Notes: generated by a model from the letters alone, not told the origin. A stretch of DNA of 64,000 bases from an uncultured Acidobacteriota bacterium (GCA_963822445.1 CAWGHO010000002.1:128001-192000), one strand, 5' to 3'; shown: positions 1-9,696, counted from the first letter of the stretch. Translations and numbers: made by a program.

Positions 1-1025
1 TCGGGACGATTCACCGGCGCGTCACGCCAGAGCGTCGTGATGCGGTTGTCGTTCGACGGATCGCCGTCGAGCGCATACGGATCGCTGCTGAGCGCCGCCG
101 ATTTGTATCCGACCATGGTCCGGTCCAGCGCGCCGTTGATCGTGCTCGGCTCGAAGCGGACCTGCCAGTAGCAGGTGTTTGCGGAGAAGAAGCCGAGGTT
201 CACGCCGCTGGCGAGCGCGTTCTCGACGTTCGTGCGCATCTCCCACGACCAGTACTCATCGTGGCCGATCGACAGAAACGACCTCGCGTTGAGCAGGAGA
301 TGTCCGCGGCGATGCGTGTCGATGTTCGTGGTGTAGGTGAGGTCGTAGCCTTCGCGCTCGAGGAAACGGATCGCGTTGTACTCCCAGCGCCAGAGAAAGA
401 TGCCGGTGCCGCTGCCGTCGACGTACGGCCTGTTGAAGGAGACCTTGCGCGCGGGGCTGGCGCCGTACAGCGATTTCCCGCCCCAGCTGTTGTAGGCCTG
501 CGCGGTGCTAACGGTCAGCTGGAAGTTGTGATTGGCCTGGCGGGAGTCCTCGCGTACGACGAAGAGGATGTATTTGTTCTTCGGCGATGACGTGCCGATG
601 GTGGTGAGCTTCACCACGTACGCGCCGCTGACCCAGTCGTTCGGAATGGTGATCGTGTACGGATCGACCCAGTTGCACTCGGTCAGCCCGGTTACCGGGT
701 CGGGTGTGGGAATGACCTGCTGAACGCCTGTGCGAACGACGGTGTCCGCAACGCGCCGTCCGCCCTCACCGCCGTACCAGCCGAGGCGGAAGATGTCGAG
801 CTGGTAGGTCGAGGAGGTCGTGTTGACGTAGAAGCTGATCGACTCGCCCTGATTCACGCTCGTGGCGGAGGCGTACCCTTCGATCTCGCCGTTGACGGCC
901 TCGCTGAAGAGACGCCAGTCGCCCGTACCGGGTTTCGCGTTCTCGATCTGGATCGGATTCGCGGCGCCGAGAGTGACCGCGTACAGCGCGCATAGCACGA
1001 AGAAGAGGAACCTGATTGGGGGCAA
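1..1025 (-). CDS. Secreted N,N-dimethylformamidase beta-subunit-like (DUF6605-type) protein, 3' end runs off the window
   Basis: Not in the ORF track because there is no stop in the window. Manual translation from TTG 1025: MPPIRFLFFVLCALYAVTLGAANPIQIENAKPGT...IEGYASATSV...DIFRLGWYGG...WVSGAYVVKL...QAYNSWGGKSLY...VSFNRPY...GHDEYWS...SANTCYWQVRFE. Signal peptide plus the motifs typical of this family. Confidence 0.8.
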   Translation of the reverse strand, partial: MPPIRFLFFVLCALYAVTLGAANPIQIENAKPGTGDWRLFSEAVNGEIEGYASATSVNQGESISFYVNTTSSTYQLDIFRLGWYGGEGGRRVADTVVRTGVQQVIPTPDPVTGLTECNWVDPYTITIPNDWVSGAYVVKLTTIGTSSPKNKYILFVVREDSRQANHNFQLTVSTAQAYNSWGGKSLYGASPARKVSFNRPYVDGSGTGIFLWRWEYNAIRFLEREGYDLTYTTNIDTHRRGHLLLNARSFLSIGHDEYWSWEMRTNVENALASGVNLGFFSANTCYWQVRFEPSTINGALDRTMVGYKSAALSSDPYALDGDPSNDNRITTLWRDAPVNRP

Positions 1026-1110
1026 GCTGAAGCTCCACGAAGCACTGCCGGTAACTGCGTGGAAAGCGGACTACCACCGCCCCTTGTGCGAGCGAAATGC
1101 CACCCTTCAG

Positions 1111-1839
1111 CTAAGTGTAGAGACCGCCGCTCACGTTCAGAACGGTGCCCGTGATGTAGCTGGCCTGCTCGCTGGCGAGGAACACCACGCTGTAGGCAAT
1201 ATCCTCAGGTGTGCCGAGACGCTTGAGGGCGATGCGGTCGGTCAGCTTCTCGCGCGCGTCGTCGCCGAGGGCGTCCGTCATGGCGGTCTGGATGTAGCCC
1301 GGAGCGATGGCATTGACGGTCACGTTGCGCGACCCGATTTCCAGCGCCAGCGACTTCGTGAAACCGATCAGCGCCGCTTTCGACGACGCGTAATTCACCT
1401 GCCCAGCGTTGCCCATCAAACCGACGATGGATGAGATGTTGATCACTCTCCCCCACCGCGTCCGGATCATCTTCTTCACGACTTCCTGGGTGATGTGAAA
1501 CGCGGAGTCGAGGTTCGTGCGGATCACGTTCGTCCAGGCATCGGGCTTCATCCGGATGAACAGATCGTCCTCGGTGATGCCGGCGTTGTTCACCAGGATG
1601 TCGATGGGCCGCTCTTTCAGCAGTGCGGTCACGCGCTCGCGGACGTCAGCGGCGGAGATGTCCAACTCGACCCCGGTGGCATTGCCGATCTCGCCGGCGA
1701 TCTGATTCACGCGATCGACGGAGCGCGCCGCGACGAGCACGTGCGCGCCTGCTTCGCCGAGGCGGCGGGCGATGGATTCGCCGATGCCGCGCGAGGCGCC
1801 GGTGACGAGAGCGGTTTTGCCGGTGAGGTCGATTTTCAT
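1111..1839 (-). CDS. fabG: 3-oxoacyl-ACP reductase
   Basis: SDR motifs TGASRGIG, NNAG and YASSK; start ATG 1839 overlaps the fabD stop. Confidence 0.95.
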   Translation of the reverse strand: MKIDLTGKTALVTGASRGIGESIARRLGEAGAHVLVAARSVDRVNQIAGEIGNATGVELDISAADVRERVTALLKERPIDILVNNAGITEDDLFIRMKPDAWTNVIRTNLDSAFHITQEVVKKMIRTRWGRVINISSIVGLMGNAGQVNYASSKAALIGFTKSLALEIGSRNVTVNAIAPGYIQTAMTDALGDDAREKLTDRIALKRLGTPEDIAYSVVFLASEQASYITGTVLNVSGGLYT

Positions 1840-2774
1840 TTTTGCTTTTCCAGAAAGGTCTCGAGCGTCGGGACATCGCTGACGTTGATCAGTTCGACGC
1901 TCGCGTCGATGCGTTTGATGAGACCAGTGAGCACGTTTCCGGGTCCGACTTCGACGAAGCGTTTCACGCCCATCGACGCCATCCGCTGCACGGACTCGAC
2001 CCAGCGAACCGGTGATGCGACCTGCCGCAGCAGCGCGTTGCGCACCGCGGTGGCGGTGCCGATCGGCGAGGCGTCGACGTTCGATACGAGCGCGACCCAG
2101 AGGTCCTTGAAGTTCGCGTCGTCGAGAATCGGCTTGAGCCGCTCCTCGGCCGGTTTCATCAGGTCGCAATGGAACGGCGCGGAGACCGGCAACGGCAGCG
2201 CGCGACGCACGCCGCGTTTCTTGGCGACTTCGATGGCTCTGTCGATTCCGGCTTTCGTTCCGGCGATGACGATCTGCCCCGGCGCGTTGATGTTGGCGAC
2301 GGAAAGGACCTCGCCCTGCGCGGCTTCTTCGCAGATCGCACGGGCGTCTTCGACGGAAGGTCCGATCAGCGCGGCCATGCCGCCGGTGCCCACCGGAACC
2401 GCGTCCTGCATGAAGCGTCCGCGGGCGTTCACGATCTTCGCGGCTTCGGCGGGGGTGAGTCCGCCGACGCTGACGATCGCGCTGTATTCGCCGAGGGAGT
2501 GACCGGCCACGAGATCGCGGCGGGCGGCGCCATGTTCTTCGAGCACGGCGTGAATCGCGGACGACACGGCCAGGATCGCCGGCTGCGTGTTCTCGGTCAG
2601 CTTGAGCTGATCCTCGGGACCCTCGAAGCAGAGCTGCGAGATCGAGTACCCGAGAGCGGTGTCGATGTCGTCGAAGACCCGGCGCGCCGCGGGATATTTT
2701 TCGGCGACGTCCCTGCCCATACTGGCGTACTGCGAGCCCTGCCCGGGGAAGACGAAGGCGGTGTTATGTTCCAT
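1836..2774 (-). CDS. fabD: Malonyl-CoA:ACP transacylase
   Basis: FPGQGSQ, GHSLGEY and VSAPFH motifs. Confidence 0.97.
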   Translation of the reverse strand: MEHNTAFVFPGQGSQYASMGRDVAEKYPAARRVFDDIDTALGYSISQLCFEGPEDQLKLTENTQPAILAVSSAIHAVLEEHGAARRDLVAGHSLGEYSAIVSVGGLTPAEAAKIVNARGRFMQDAVPVGTGGMAALIGPSVEDARAICEEAAQGEVLSVANINAPGQIVIAGTKAGIDRAIEVAKKRGVRRALPLPVSAPFHCDLMKPAEERLKPILDDANFKDLWVALVSNVDASPIGTATAVRNALLRQVASPVRWVESVQRMASMGVKRFVEVGPGNVLTGLIKRIDASVELINVSDVPTLETFLEKQK

Positions 2775-2808
2775 TCGGGGGCGGATGATATCGCGACGTC
2801 AGCGAAGC

Positions 2809-2897
2809 TCTGGACTGCGGCGGCAAAGCCGCCGCTCTGGCTGCCGGCGGCTTTGCCGCCGGAGTGGAGAGCGGTAGCTCTGCTACCGCAGTCCAGA
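2809..2897. repeat. REPIN-like composite palindrome (REP family 2)
   Basis: 12-bp terminal inverted repeats TCTGGACTGCGG/CCGCAGTCCAGA enclose three internal palindromes (GCGGCGGCAAAGCCGCCGC, CGGCGGCTTTGCCGCCG, GCGGTAGCTCTGCTACCGC); abuts the plsX stop. Confidence 0.75.
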
Positions 2898-3971
2898 CTA
2901 CTGCGCCAGAACCGCGCTGGCGTGCTCGCGCGAATGCAGATCGCTGATCTTCGTCCGGATCTTCGTGTCGATCTTGTTCGCCACGAAGTCGCGCGCGACG
3001 CGCACGGCGTTCTTGATGGCCTTCGCGTTCGAGCGCCCGTGGCAGACGATGCAGCCGCCGTTGACGCCGAGGAGCGGGGCTCCGCCGTATTCGGAGTAAT
3101 CGATGCGTTTCTTGAAGTCGTCCATGGCGCCCTTGAGCATCAGCGCGCCAATTTTGCGGGTCGGTGTGCGGGTGAACTCGGCGCGCAGCATCTTGCTGAT
3201 CATCTCGCCCAGGGACTCGCCTGCTTTGAGCACGACGTTGCCGATGAACCCGTCGCAGACGACGACGTCGGCGTTGCCGTTGAAGACGTCGCGGCCCTCG
3301 GCGTTGCCGATGAAGTTCAGGCCGGTCTCTTTCATCACCCGGAACGTTTCCTTGGTGAGCTCGTTGCCCTTGCCTTCTTCCTCGCCGATGGAAAGCAGAC
3401 CGACGCGCGGCTCCGCCGTGCCGAAGATCATCTGAGCGTAGAAGTGGCCCATGACCGCGAACTCGCGGAGGTAGGCGGGCTTGGCGTCGACGTTCGCGCC
3501 GACGTCGAGCAGGACGGTGTGGCCTTTGGCGCTCGGCAGAACCGCGGCCAGCGCGGGCCGGCTCACGCCTTCGATCATCCCCAGGACTTTGTACGCCGAG
3601 GTCATGGCCGCGCCGGTGTGTCCGGCGGAGACCATCGCGTCGGCTTTCCCTTCACCGACGAGGTTCGCGCAGACGCGGACGGACGAATTCCTCTTCCGGC
3701 GCAGAGGCGCCAGAGAGTTATCGGTCATGTCGACGACTTCGCGCGCGTCGGCGATGTCGATGCGCGAAGGTATGGAGCCACCCAGCGCGGCCAGCTTCTC
3801 GCGAATGACTTCTTCGCGGCCGACCAGCGTGATGGCCACCGTCGGGTACTCGCTGATCGCCAGCAGCGCGCCTTTGAGGATCTCGTCAGGCGCGTTGTCG
3901 CCACCCATCGCATCCAACGCGATGCGGCAGCCGGCACGGCCGGCAGCGTCGGTTGCCATAGGCTCAGCCAC
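2898..3971 (-). CDS. plsX: Phosphate acyltransferase PlsX
   Basis: IALDAMGGD, SAGHTGA, LDVGAN, DGFIGNVVLK, YGGAPLLGV and HGRS motifs; alternative start at 3959. Confidence 0.97.
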   Translation of the reverse strand: MAEPMATDAAGRAGCRIALDAMGGDNAPDEILKGALLAISEYPTVAITLVGREEVIREKLAALGGSIPSRIDIADAREVVDMTDNSLAPLRRKRNSSVRVCANLVGEGKADAMVSAGHTGAAMTSAYKVLGMIEGVSRPALAAVLPSAKGHTVLLDVGANVDAKPAYLREFAVMGHFYAQMIFGTAEPRVGLLSIGEEEGKGNELTKETFRVMKETGLNFIGNAEGRDVFNGNADVVVCDGFIGNVVLKAGESLGEMISKMLRAEFTRTPTRKIGALMLKGAMDDFKKRIDYSEYGGAPLLGVNGGCIVCHGRSNAKAIKNAVRVARDFVANKIDTKIRTKISDLHSREHASAVLAQ

Positions 3972-4102
3972 TAGTCCTGCCTGAATATCACGTTACGTAT
4001 CACGCACGAAATGTCAGGCGCGTTGCGCCGCCCGAAGCCGCTGCCCGCGAAGCACCGGAATCGTGCCGAAGGCGCAGCAACGAGCGCAGCCGGCCGTGCC
4101 GG

Positions 4103-4285
4103 CTACAGGACGTCCTTGACGACGACTTCGCGGCCTTTGTAGTACCCGCATTTCGCGCAGACGCGATGCGGCTCTTTGGCCTCATGGCACTGCGGGCAGG
4201 TGGAAAGCGACTTCAGTTTGAGGAAGTCGTGCGCCCGGCGGGTGCGGGTTCTCGCCTTCGAATGGCGGCGTTTTGGATTTGGCAT
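4103..4285 (-). CDS. rpmF: 50S ribosomal protein L32
   Basis: MPNPKRRHSKAR N-terminus, CxxC...CxxCGYY zinc ribbon, canonical yceD-rpmF-plsX context. Confidence 0.97.
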   Translation of the reverse strand: MPNPKRRHSKARTRTRRAHDFLKLKSLSTCPQCHEAKEPHRVCAKCGYYKGREVVVKDVL

Positions 4286-4307
4286 CGTTGACTCCTGTTG
4301 ATGAAAA

Positions 4308-4868
4308 CTAAATGTCTTTTTTCTTCGCGAGCGCGTCCCGAATGTCCTTCAGCGCGCCCCACCGCTCGTCGGTGATGGATTGATCGCACGAGCATTTCTC
4401 GCGCGACCGGTTTGCGCCGCAGTGCGGACAGAGGCCGAGACACGATTCCTCGCATAACGGCTTCATCGGGATTGAAAGCTGAACCTGTTCGAGAGCGAGA
4501 TCGCGAAGAGGGATCGTCCGTTCCGAGTAGAACTCGACGTCCAGCTCTTCTTTGTCGGTGATCTCGATCTCCTCGCCTTCCCGGGAGACCTGAGGACGAG
4601 GGCGAAATCTTACGTGAAAGCTCGAAGTATTGGCAAACGGAAAGGGCTCGACGCAGCGCGAGCACTCCATATCCGCGGTCATCGTCGAGGTCCCCTCCGC
4701 CACATACTCGGCCTCGGCATCCCCGTTCCGGACGGTCGCCTCGATCTTGACGCTGCCGGACGTGATGACCTCGTGACGGTCGAGATCCTTGGTGAAAACG
4801 TCATACGTCCCGCTGTAGGTTTGCGGCCCGTGCTCGTCGATGACGTCGAATTGGATGGTGTCGTTCAT
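4308..4868 (-). CDS. yceD: YceD/DUF177 family protein
   Basis: CSRC motif, PMKPLCEESCLGLCPHCG and DERWGAL; lies upstream of rpmF; start trimmed to ATG 4868. Confidence 0.9.
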   Translation of the reverse strand: MNDTIQFDVIDEHGPQTYSGTYDVFTKDLDRHEVITSGSVKIEATVRNGDAEAEYVAEGTSTMTADMECSRCVEPFPFANTSSFHVRFRPRPQVSREGEEIEITDKEELDVEFYSERTIPLRDLALEQVQLSIPMKPLCEESCLGLCPHCGANRSREKCSCDQSITDERWGALKDIRDALAKKKDI

Positions 4869-4917
4869 GGTGAGGGGGAAGCCCCAGAGTGCCCCGTAAC
4901 TCGCTGAGGCTGCAAAT

Positions 4918-6138
4918 CTATTTCGATGCAATGCGCACGCGCAACTCCTCGAATCCGCCGGCGGTCGAGGCCGCGGCCTCGATCGATTCGGCCTGTTCGA
5001 GAGCGGAAATCCAGCGGCGGAGGTCGCGGGCGGCCCGGTGGAGCCGGCCTGAGGCGATGCGGAGGCCGGTGCTGTCCCCCATTTTTTCGAGAACTGGGAC
5101 CAGTTTGGCGGGGTCGATCCGCGCGGCCCAGCTCGTCGCCGGCCAGGTCGCCGGGACGGTCGCATCCTTTAAATATAGGGGGATGCTCTTGCGGTCGAAC
5201 GCGACGAGTAGCTCCTTGCCGGTGTCTTCGGTCTGCCCGACGAGCTCAGCCATGCGCATGACGTCGGCCATCGCCGCGCGGCGGGCATCGGAGGCCGGAA
5301 CGGACACGAGACCCTTTGGCCGGGGGAGCAGTGTTCCGGTGTCGACGTCGTAGACGGTGATCGATCCGCCGCCCGAGGTCAGCTCGGCGACGTTCGTTCC
5401 GGTGAGACGTTGAAGGTCGCCGAGAATTCGGGGTGGCTCGTTGAAGGTGACGGCCAGCATCGCGGTTTGAGGGAAACGGGCCGCGAGTGGGGTGGTGGCT
5501 GGCGCCTTGTCCGTCGCAGCCCGCGAGACCGTCAAAATCTCCTTCTCTGACACTTTCACCGAGCTCACCGCGGGCCGGCCGATCGGTGGAAACGCGCCGC
5601 GGGTGCGATTGCGCTGCACGACGAACACGTCGCCGGCGGGCAAGCCGGAGGCGAGCGCGAGAATCTTCTCGATCTCATTCGGATCGATCGGCGCGCCGCC
5701 ATCACCGTTCATGACGAAGGCCGTTCCGTCCCAGCGCGCGTCGACGTTGCCGCTCGCCCACATCATCCAGATGCGGACGAGAAAGGCGCGGATGGTATCG
5801 ACGCGGATCGCGTAGCTCGTCCTCTTGCCGTTGCGCCAGGCGAGGATGTCCGCGCCGCCGAGCATCCACGGCTGGGGCATGCTCTCCTTCTCCGTCCATT
5901 CCGAGACCGGACCGCGCGTCACCGGGTTCGCGAGCAGCTTGCGATGCATGACCGCCGTGGTGGGAATGAGCGCGAAGGCATCGGCGCCCGCGGGAACGCG
6001 AGCGAGCAGCGCACGTTGATCGGCGGTGATGGGGAACTGAATGCCCGCGGATTCCTTCGGCGTCGTCGCGACGAGATACACCGCGATCGCACCTGCGAGC
6101 AGGCCGAGGACCAGGACGAGAACGAGGAGGGTACGCAT
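4918..6138 (-). CDS. Hypothetical protein with N-terminal membrane anchor
   Basis: 406-aa ORF with hydrophobic N-terminus and genome-typical codon usage; family not recognised. Confidence 0.75.
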   Translation of the reverse strand: MRTLLVLVLVLGLLAGAIAVYLVATTPKESAGIQFPITADQRALLARVPAGADAFALIPTTAVMHRKLLANPVTRGPVSEWTEKESMPQPWMLGGADILAWRNGKRTSYAIRVDTIRAFLVRIWMMWASGNVDARWDGTAFVMNGDGGAPIDPNEIEKILALASGLPAGDVFVVQRNRTRGAFPPIGRPAVSSVKVSEKEILTVSRAATDKAPATTPLAARFPQTAMLAVTFNEPPRILGDLQRLTGTNVAELTSGGGSITVYDVDTGTLLPRPKGLVSVPASDARRAAMADVMRMAELVGQTEDTGKELLVAFDRKSIPLYLKDATVPATWPATSWAARIDPAKLVPVLEKMGDSTGLRIASGRLHRAARDLRRWISALEQAESIEAAASTAGGFEELRVRIASK

Positions 6139-6160
6139 GCTGCGATAGGATCGCGCGCCG

Positions 6161-7366
6161 ATGTCGCTGCTGCCGACGCTCGAGGTGATCGTTCACACTC
6201 TACGCCATGCATTCGCCGATCGCGCGCGGCGGGCCTGGCGCGCGGCCGTTCATCGCGACAAGAAGTTACGCATCGGCGTCGACATCCGCCCGTTCTACGA
6301 GCCGCTGACCGGCGTTGGCTGGTATCTCTACTACCTCCTGCACGAGCTGGCGAAGCGCGATGACGTCGACCTGTATCTCTTCGGCGATGCGCGTGTGACC
6401 GATCTCGGCCCGAAGCTGCATGCGGACCTGCCGAAGAACGCGCGCTACTGCACGTTCGATCTGCGCGGGTTGCCGGTGTCGGGCCTCGCGCGACCGTTGA
6501 CCGCCGCGGCGTACGTCGGATGGATGGCGCTGACGGACTGCGACGTCTTCTTCGGCGCGAACTATTTCCTGCCGCGGCTGCACGGCGCGATCGCGAAGCG
6601 GCGGGTGATCACCATCCACGATCTGACCTACAAACGCTTTCCGGAGCTGCTGCAGAAGGAGACGCTGGAGAGTCTCGAGCGTCACGTGTCCCGCGAGATC
6701 GCCATCGCCGACGCGATCATCTGCGTGTCGGAATCGACGCGACGCGATCTGCTGCGGTTTTACCAGGTCGATCCCGCACGCGCCGTCGCCATTCACTCGG
6801 GTCTCGGCACGCCGGCGACCGCGGAGCCTGTCGAAGGTCTGCCCGCGCGCTACATCCTCTTCGTCAGCACCATCGAGCCCCGCAAGGACCTCGGCACCCT
6901 CATCGACGCCTTCGAGCGCCTGCGCGATTACCCGGGGTCGCTGGTGATCGTGGGCAAGGTGGGGTGGAAGTCGGAGCATTTGATTCCTCGCCTGCGCGGA
7001 CCGCGAATCGTGCACCTCGACTATTTGCCAGCGTCTGAGCTGGCGACGGTGTACCGGAGCGCCGAGGTGTTTGTGTTCCCGTCGCTGTACGAGGGTTTCG
7101 GATTCCCGCTGCTCGAAGCAATGGTGAGTGGAGTGCCGACGATTGCGGCGCGGTCTTCGTCCTTGCCGGAGATTGGCGGCGATGCGGCGCTGTACTTCGA
7201 GCCCGGCGATGCCGGGGAACTGGAAGAGCAGCTGCGCCGCCTTCTCGGCGACGAGGTCCTGCGCAATGAGCTCATCGACCGCGGGCGGCGGCGGGCGGCG
7301 GCGTTCCGGTGGGAGGAGGCGGCAAAGAGGACGCTCGAAGTTTTTCGTCGCGTCGCGAACACGTAG
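6161..7366 (+). CDS. Glycosyltransferase family 4 (RfaB/WbpY-like)
   Basis: TIHD, EPRK and EGFGFPLLEAM motifs. Confidence 0.93.
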   Translation: MSLLPTLEVIVHTLRHAFADRARRAWRAAVHRDKKLRIGVDIRPFYEPLTGVGWYLYYLLHELAKRDDVDLYLFGDARVTDLGPKLHADLPKNARYCTFDLRGLPVSGLARPLTAAAYVGWMALTDCDVFFGANYFLPRLHGAIAKRRVITIHDLTYKRFPELLQKETLESLERHVSREIAIADAIICVSESTRRDLLRFYQVDPARAVAIHSGLGTPATAEPVEGLPARYILFVSTIEPRKDLGTLIDAFERLRDYPGSLVIVGKVGWKSEHLIPRLRGPRIVHLDYLPASELATVYRSAEVFVFPSLYEGFGFPLLEAMVSGVPTIAARSSSLPEIGGDAALYFEPGDAGELEEQLRRLLGDEVLRNELIDRGRRRAAAFRWEEAAKRTLEVFRRVANT

Positions 7367-7449
7367 TCTCAAAGTCGCAAAGTCTCAAAGTCGTAAAGAG
7401 GTGATGGCGTCTACACTTTGAGACTTTGAGACTTTGAGACTTTGCGACT
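7365..7449. repeat. Tandem-unit inverted repeat, 8-nt unit AGTCTCAA
   Basis: Left arm agtctcaa agtcgcaa agtctcaa agtcgtaa, 17-nt spacer, right arm ctttgaga x3 ctttgcga; overlaps the upstream stop and the downstream TTG start. Confidence 0.92.
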
Positions 7450-8437
7450 CTTAATCGACGGCCGCCCCCTCGTCGGAAATCGCACCGGCATCGGCGTGCA
7501 CACCGCGGAGATCGCGGGGCGGCTGCACGAGTCGCCGCTGATCGCCTCGCACGCCGTCATCGAGAACCGGCAGGGGCTGGAGAACGCCGCGTTTCGCGTC
7601 GATCACTCGCCGTTCGGATTGCTCTGGCAGCAGACCATCCTTCCGGAGATCAAATGCGAGGTCCTGTGGGGTCCGCACGGAACGCTGCCTTTCACCTGGA
7701 AGAGGCCCTCCGTGGTCACGGTCCACGACTTCACCTCCATCACCATGCCCGGACGGCACCGGCTGAAGACGATCCTGTCGTTCAACCTCTTCATCGGGCG
7801 GAGCCTGGAAATCGCAACGCGCGTGGCCTGCGTATCACGTGGCGTGGCGGATGAGGCGATACGGGGCTTCGGTGTTCCCGCGGACAGGATCGAGATCGTG
7901 CCGAACGGCGTCGATGGGTTTTTCTCGCCTGGCGGTGAGGAAGGTGACTACATCCTCTTCACCGGCACGATCGAGCCGCGGAAGGGGATCGACGATCTGT
8001 TTGCGGTCTGGTGGTCGCTGCCGGAGCCACGGCCGCGGCTCGTTCTGGCCGGCGATGCCGGCTGGAAAACAAGAGTGCCGGACGGCGCGGAAGTCCTGGG
8101 CTACGTCACCCGCGAGCGTTTGCGCGACCTGTATCGCGGCGCGCGCGTCTTCGTTTACCCCTCGCGCTACGAAGGATTCGGCATCCCGCCGCTCGAGGCC
8201 ATGGCCTGCGGCGCGCCGGTGATCGCCACGCGCACCGGGGCGATTCCCGAATTCGCCGGCGATGCGGCGGTGCTCATCGAGCCCGGCGATCTCGACGCGC
8301 TCCGCTCGTCGCTGATCCGGCTCCTCGGCGACGCGAATCTGCGCCGCGACCTTCGCGCGCGCGGTCCCGAGCGCGCGAAGCTGTACGACTGGAACCGCAG
8401 CGCAACGCTGATGACGGAGCTGCTGCGATGCGGATAG
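7442..8437 (+). CDS. Glycosyltransferase family 4
   Basis: RTGIG, TVHD, EPRKG and EGFGIPPLEAMACG motifs. Confidence 0.93.
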   Translation: MRLLIDGRPLVGNRTGIGVHTAEIAGRLHESPLIASHAVIENRQGLENAAFRVDHSPFGLLWQQTILPEIKCEVLWGPHGTLPFTWKRPSVVTVHDFTSITMPGRHRLKTILSFNLFIGRSLEIATRVACVSRGVADEAIRGFGVPADRIEIVPNGVDGFFSPGGEEGDYILFTGTIEPRKGIDDLFAVWWSLPEPRPRLVLAGDAGWKTRVPDGAEVLGYVTRERLRDLYRGARVFVYPSRYEGFGIPPLEAMACGAPVIATRTGAIPEFAGDAAVLIEPGDLDALRSSLIRLLGDANLRRDLRARGPERAKLYDWNRSATLMTELLRCG

Positions 8438-9459
8438 GCATCGACGCGCGGAAGATCGCCGACTTCGGAATCGGCACCTACATCCGCGGTCTGCTGCGGG
8501 AGATGCCCGGCGAGTACGTCGCCTTCGCGCCGAAGGATGCGCCGGTTCCGGCGGGCCTCGAGCACATCGCCGTCGATGCGCCTCACTACTCGATTCGCGA
8601 GCTCCTCGCGGTCGGACGCGCCGCCGATCGCGCGGGCCTCGACCTCTTTCACGCGCCGCACTACGTCGTCCCGTTCACGAAAGTGCCGATCGCGGTCACC
8701 ATCCACGACCTCATTCATCTCCATCAGCCGATGCGGAATCCGCTCGCGCCGCTTTACGCGCGGACGATGATCCGGCGGGCCATCCGCAACGCGCGGGTGG
8801 TGCTGACCGTGTCCGAGGCGGTGAAACGGGAGCTGGAGTCGGAGCTTGGGGCGAAGCGGGTGGTGGTCACTCCGAACGGGATCGACGAAGCGTTTTCCCC
8901 GAAAAAGGCAGCAAAAACGCACTTCCTATATGTCGGTAACGATAAGCCACACAAGAATGTGGACGCTCTGGTTGACGCATTTGTACGCGTTCGAACCGAA
9001 GTCGCCGATGCCACGCTGATCCTGGCCGGTGCCCCGTTCAACCGCTTTCGCGGCCGCGACGGCGTGATCGCTCGCGGGTTCGTGAACGACGAAGACCTGG
9101 TGAACCTTTACCGCGGCGCCATCGCGCTGGTGATGCCGAGCCACGAAGAAGGGTTCGGATTGCCGGCGGCGGAGGCGATGGCCTGCGGTGCGGCGGTGAT
9201 CACTTCGCTCGCGCCGGCGTTGGTGGAGATCACCGGCGAGGCCGCCCTGCACGTCGATGCGCGATCGATCGTTGCGCTGGCGACGGCGATGACGCGCGTC
9301 GCGCGCGATGCTTCGTTGCGCGATCGACTCGCCGCGCGCGGCGTCGAGCGCGCGCGATTCTTCACCTGGAAACGCTGCGCGGAGATCACGCGAAGCGCCT
9401 TCGAAGAGGTCCTTCAGCGTGGAACATCGTGGAACAAGGAGTCCGAATTACGATTTTGA
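8428..9459 (+). CDS. Glycosyltransferase family 4
   Basis: Start MRIGIDARK at ATG 8428; GIGTY, TIHD, KPHKN and EGFGLPAAEAMACG motifs. Confidence 0.92.
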   Translation: MRIGIDARKIADFGIGTYIRGLLREMPGEYVAFAPKDAPVPAGLEHIAVDAPHYSIRELLAVGRAADRAGLDLFHAPHYVVPFTKVPIAVTIHDLIHLHQPMRNPLAPLYARTMIRRAIRNARVVLTVSEAVKRELESELGAKRVVVTPNGIDEAFSPKKAAKTHFLYVGNDKPHKNVDALVDAFVRVRTEVADATLILAGAPFNRFRGRDGVIARGFVNDEDLVNLYRGAIALVMPSHEEGFGLPAAEAMACGAAVITSLAPALVEITGEAALHVDARSIVALATAMTRVARDASLRDRLAARGVERARFFTWKRCAEITRSAFEEVLQRGTSWNKESELRF

Positions 9460-9471
9460 TAAACAAATCGC

Positions 9472-9500
9472 TTGACAATATCGATTAACGAATCTATTTT
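9472..9500 (+). promoter_or_regulatory. Sigma70-type promoter
   Basis: TTGACA (9472-9477), 17-nt spacer, TATTTT (9495-9500) in an AT-rich patch. Confidence 0.65.
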
Positions 9501-9696
9501 TTGTCCAGTTAACAAATGATGATCGCCAGCGTGAAGAAAAAAGATTCAAGCTCGTCGCAGGTCATCAGCCCCCGTCTCTCCCCTTTCCCCTTCCCCGCTT
9601 TCGATACGGTCAACGAGTTAGCCGGAGCGATCCGGCGTGTTATGCCAAGAAGCGCGATCGGGAGATCCCGTACGGCATGAAAGGTGGTGAGCACTA

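Noticed and set aside
9412-9437. CGTGGAACA direct repeat resembling parS half-sites
   Set aside because: The best 16-mer matches the parS palindrome at only 12/16 with a broken left half, and it lies inside a coding sequence.
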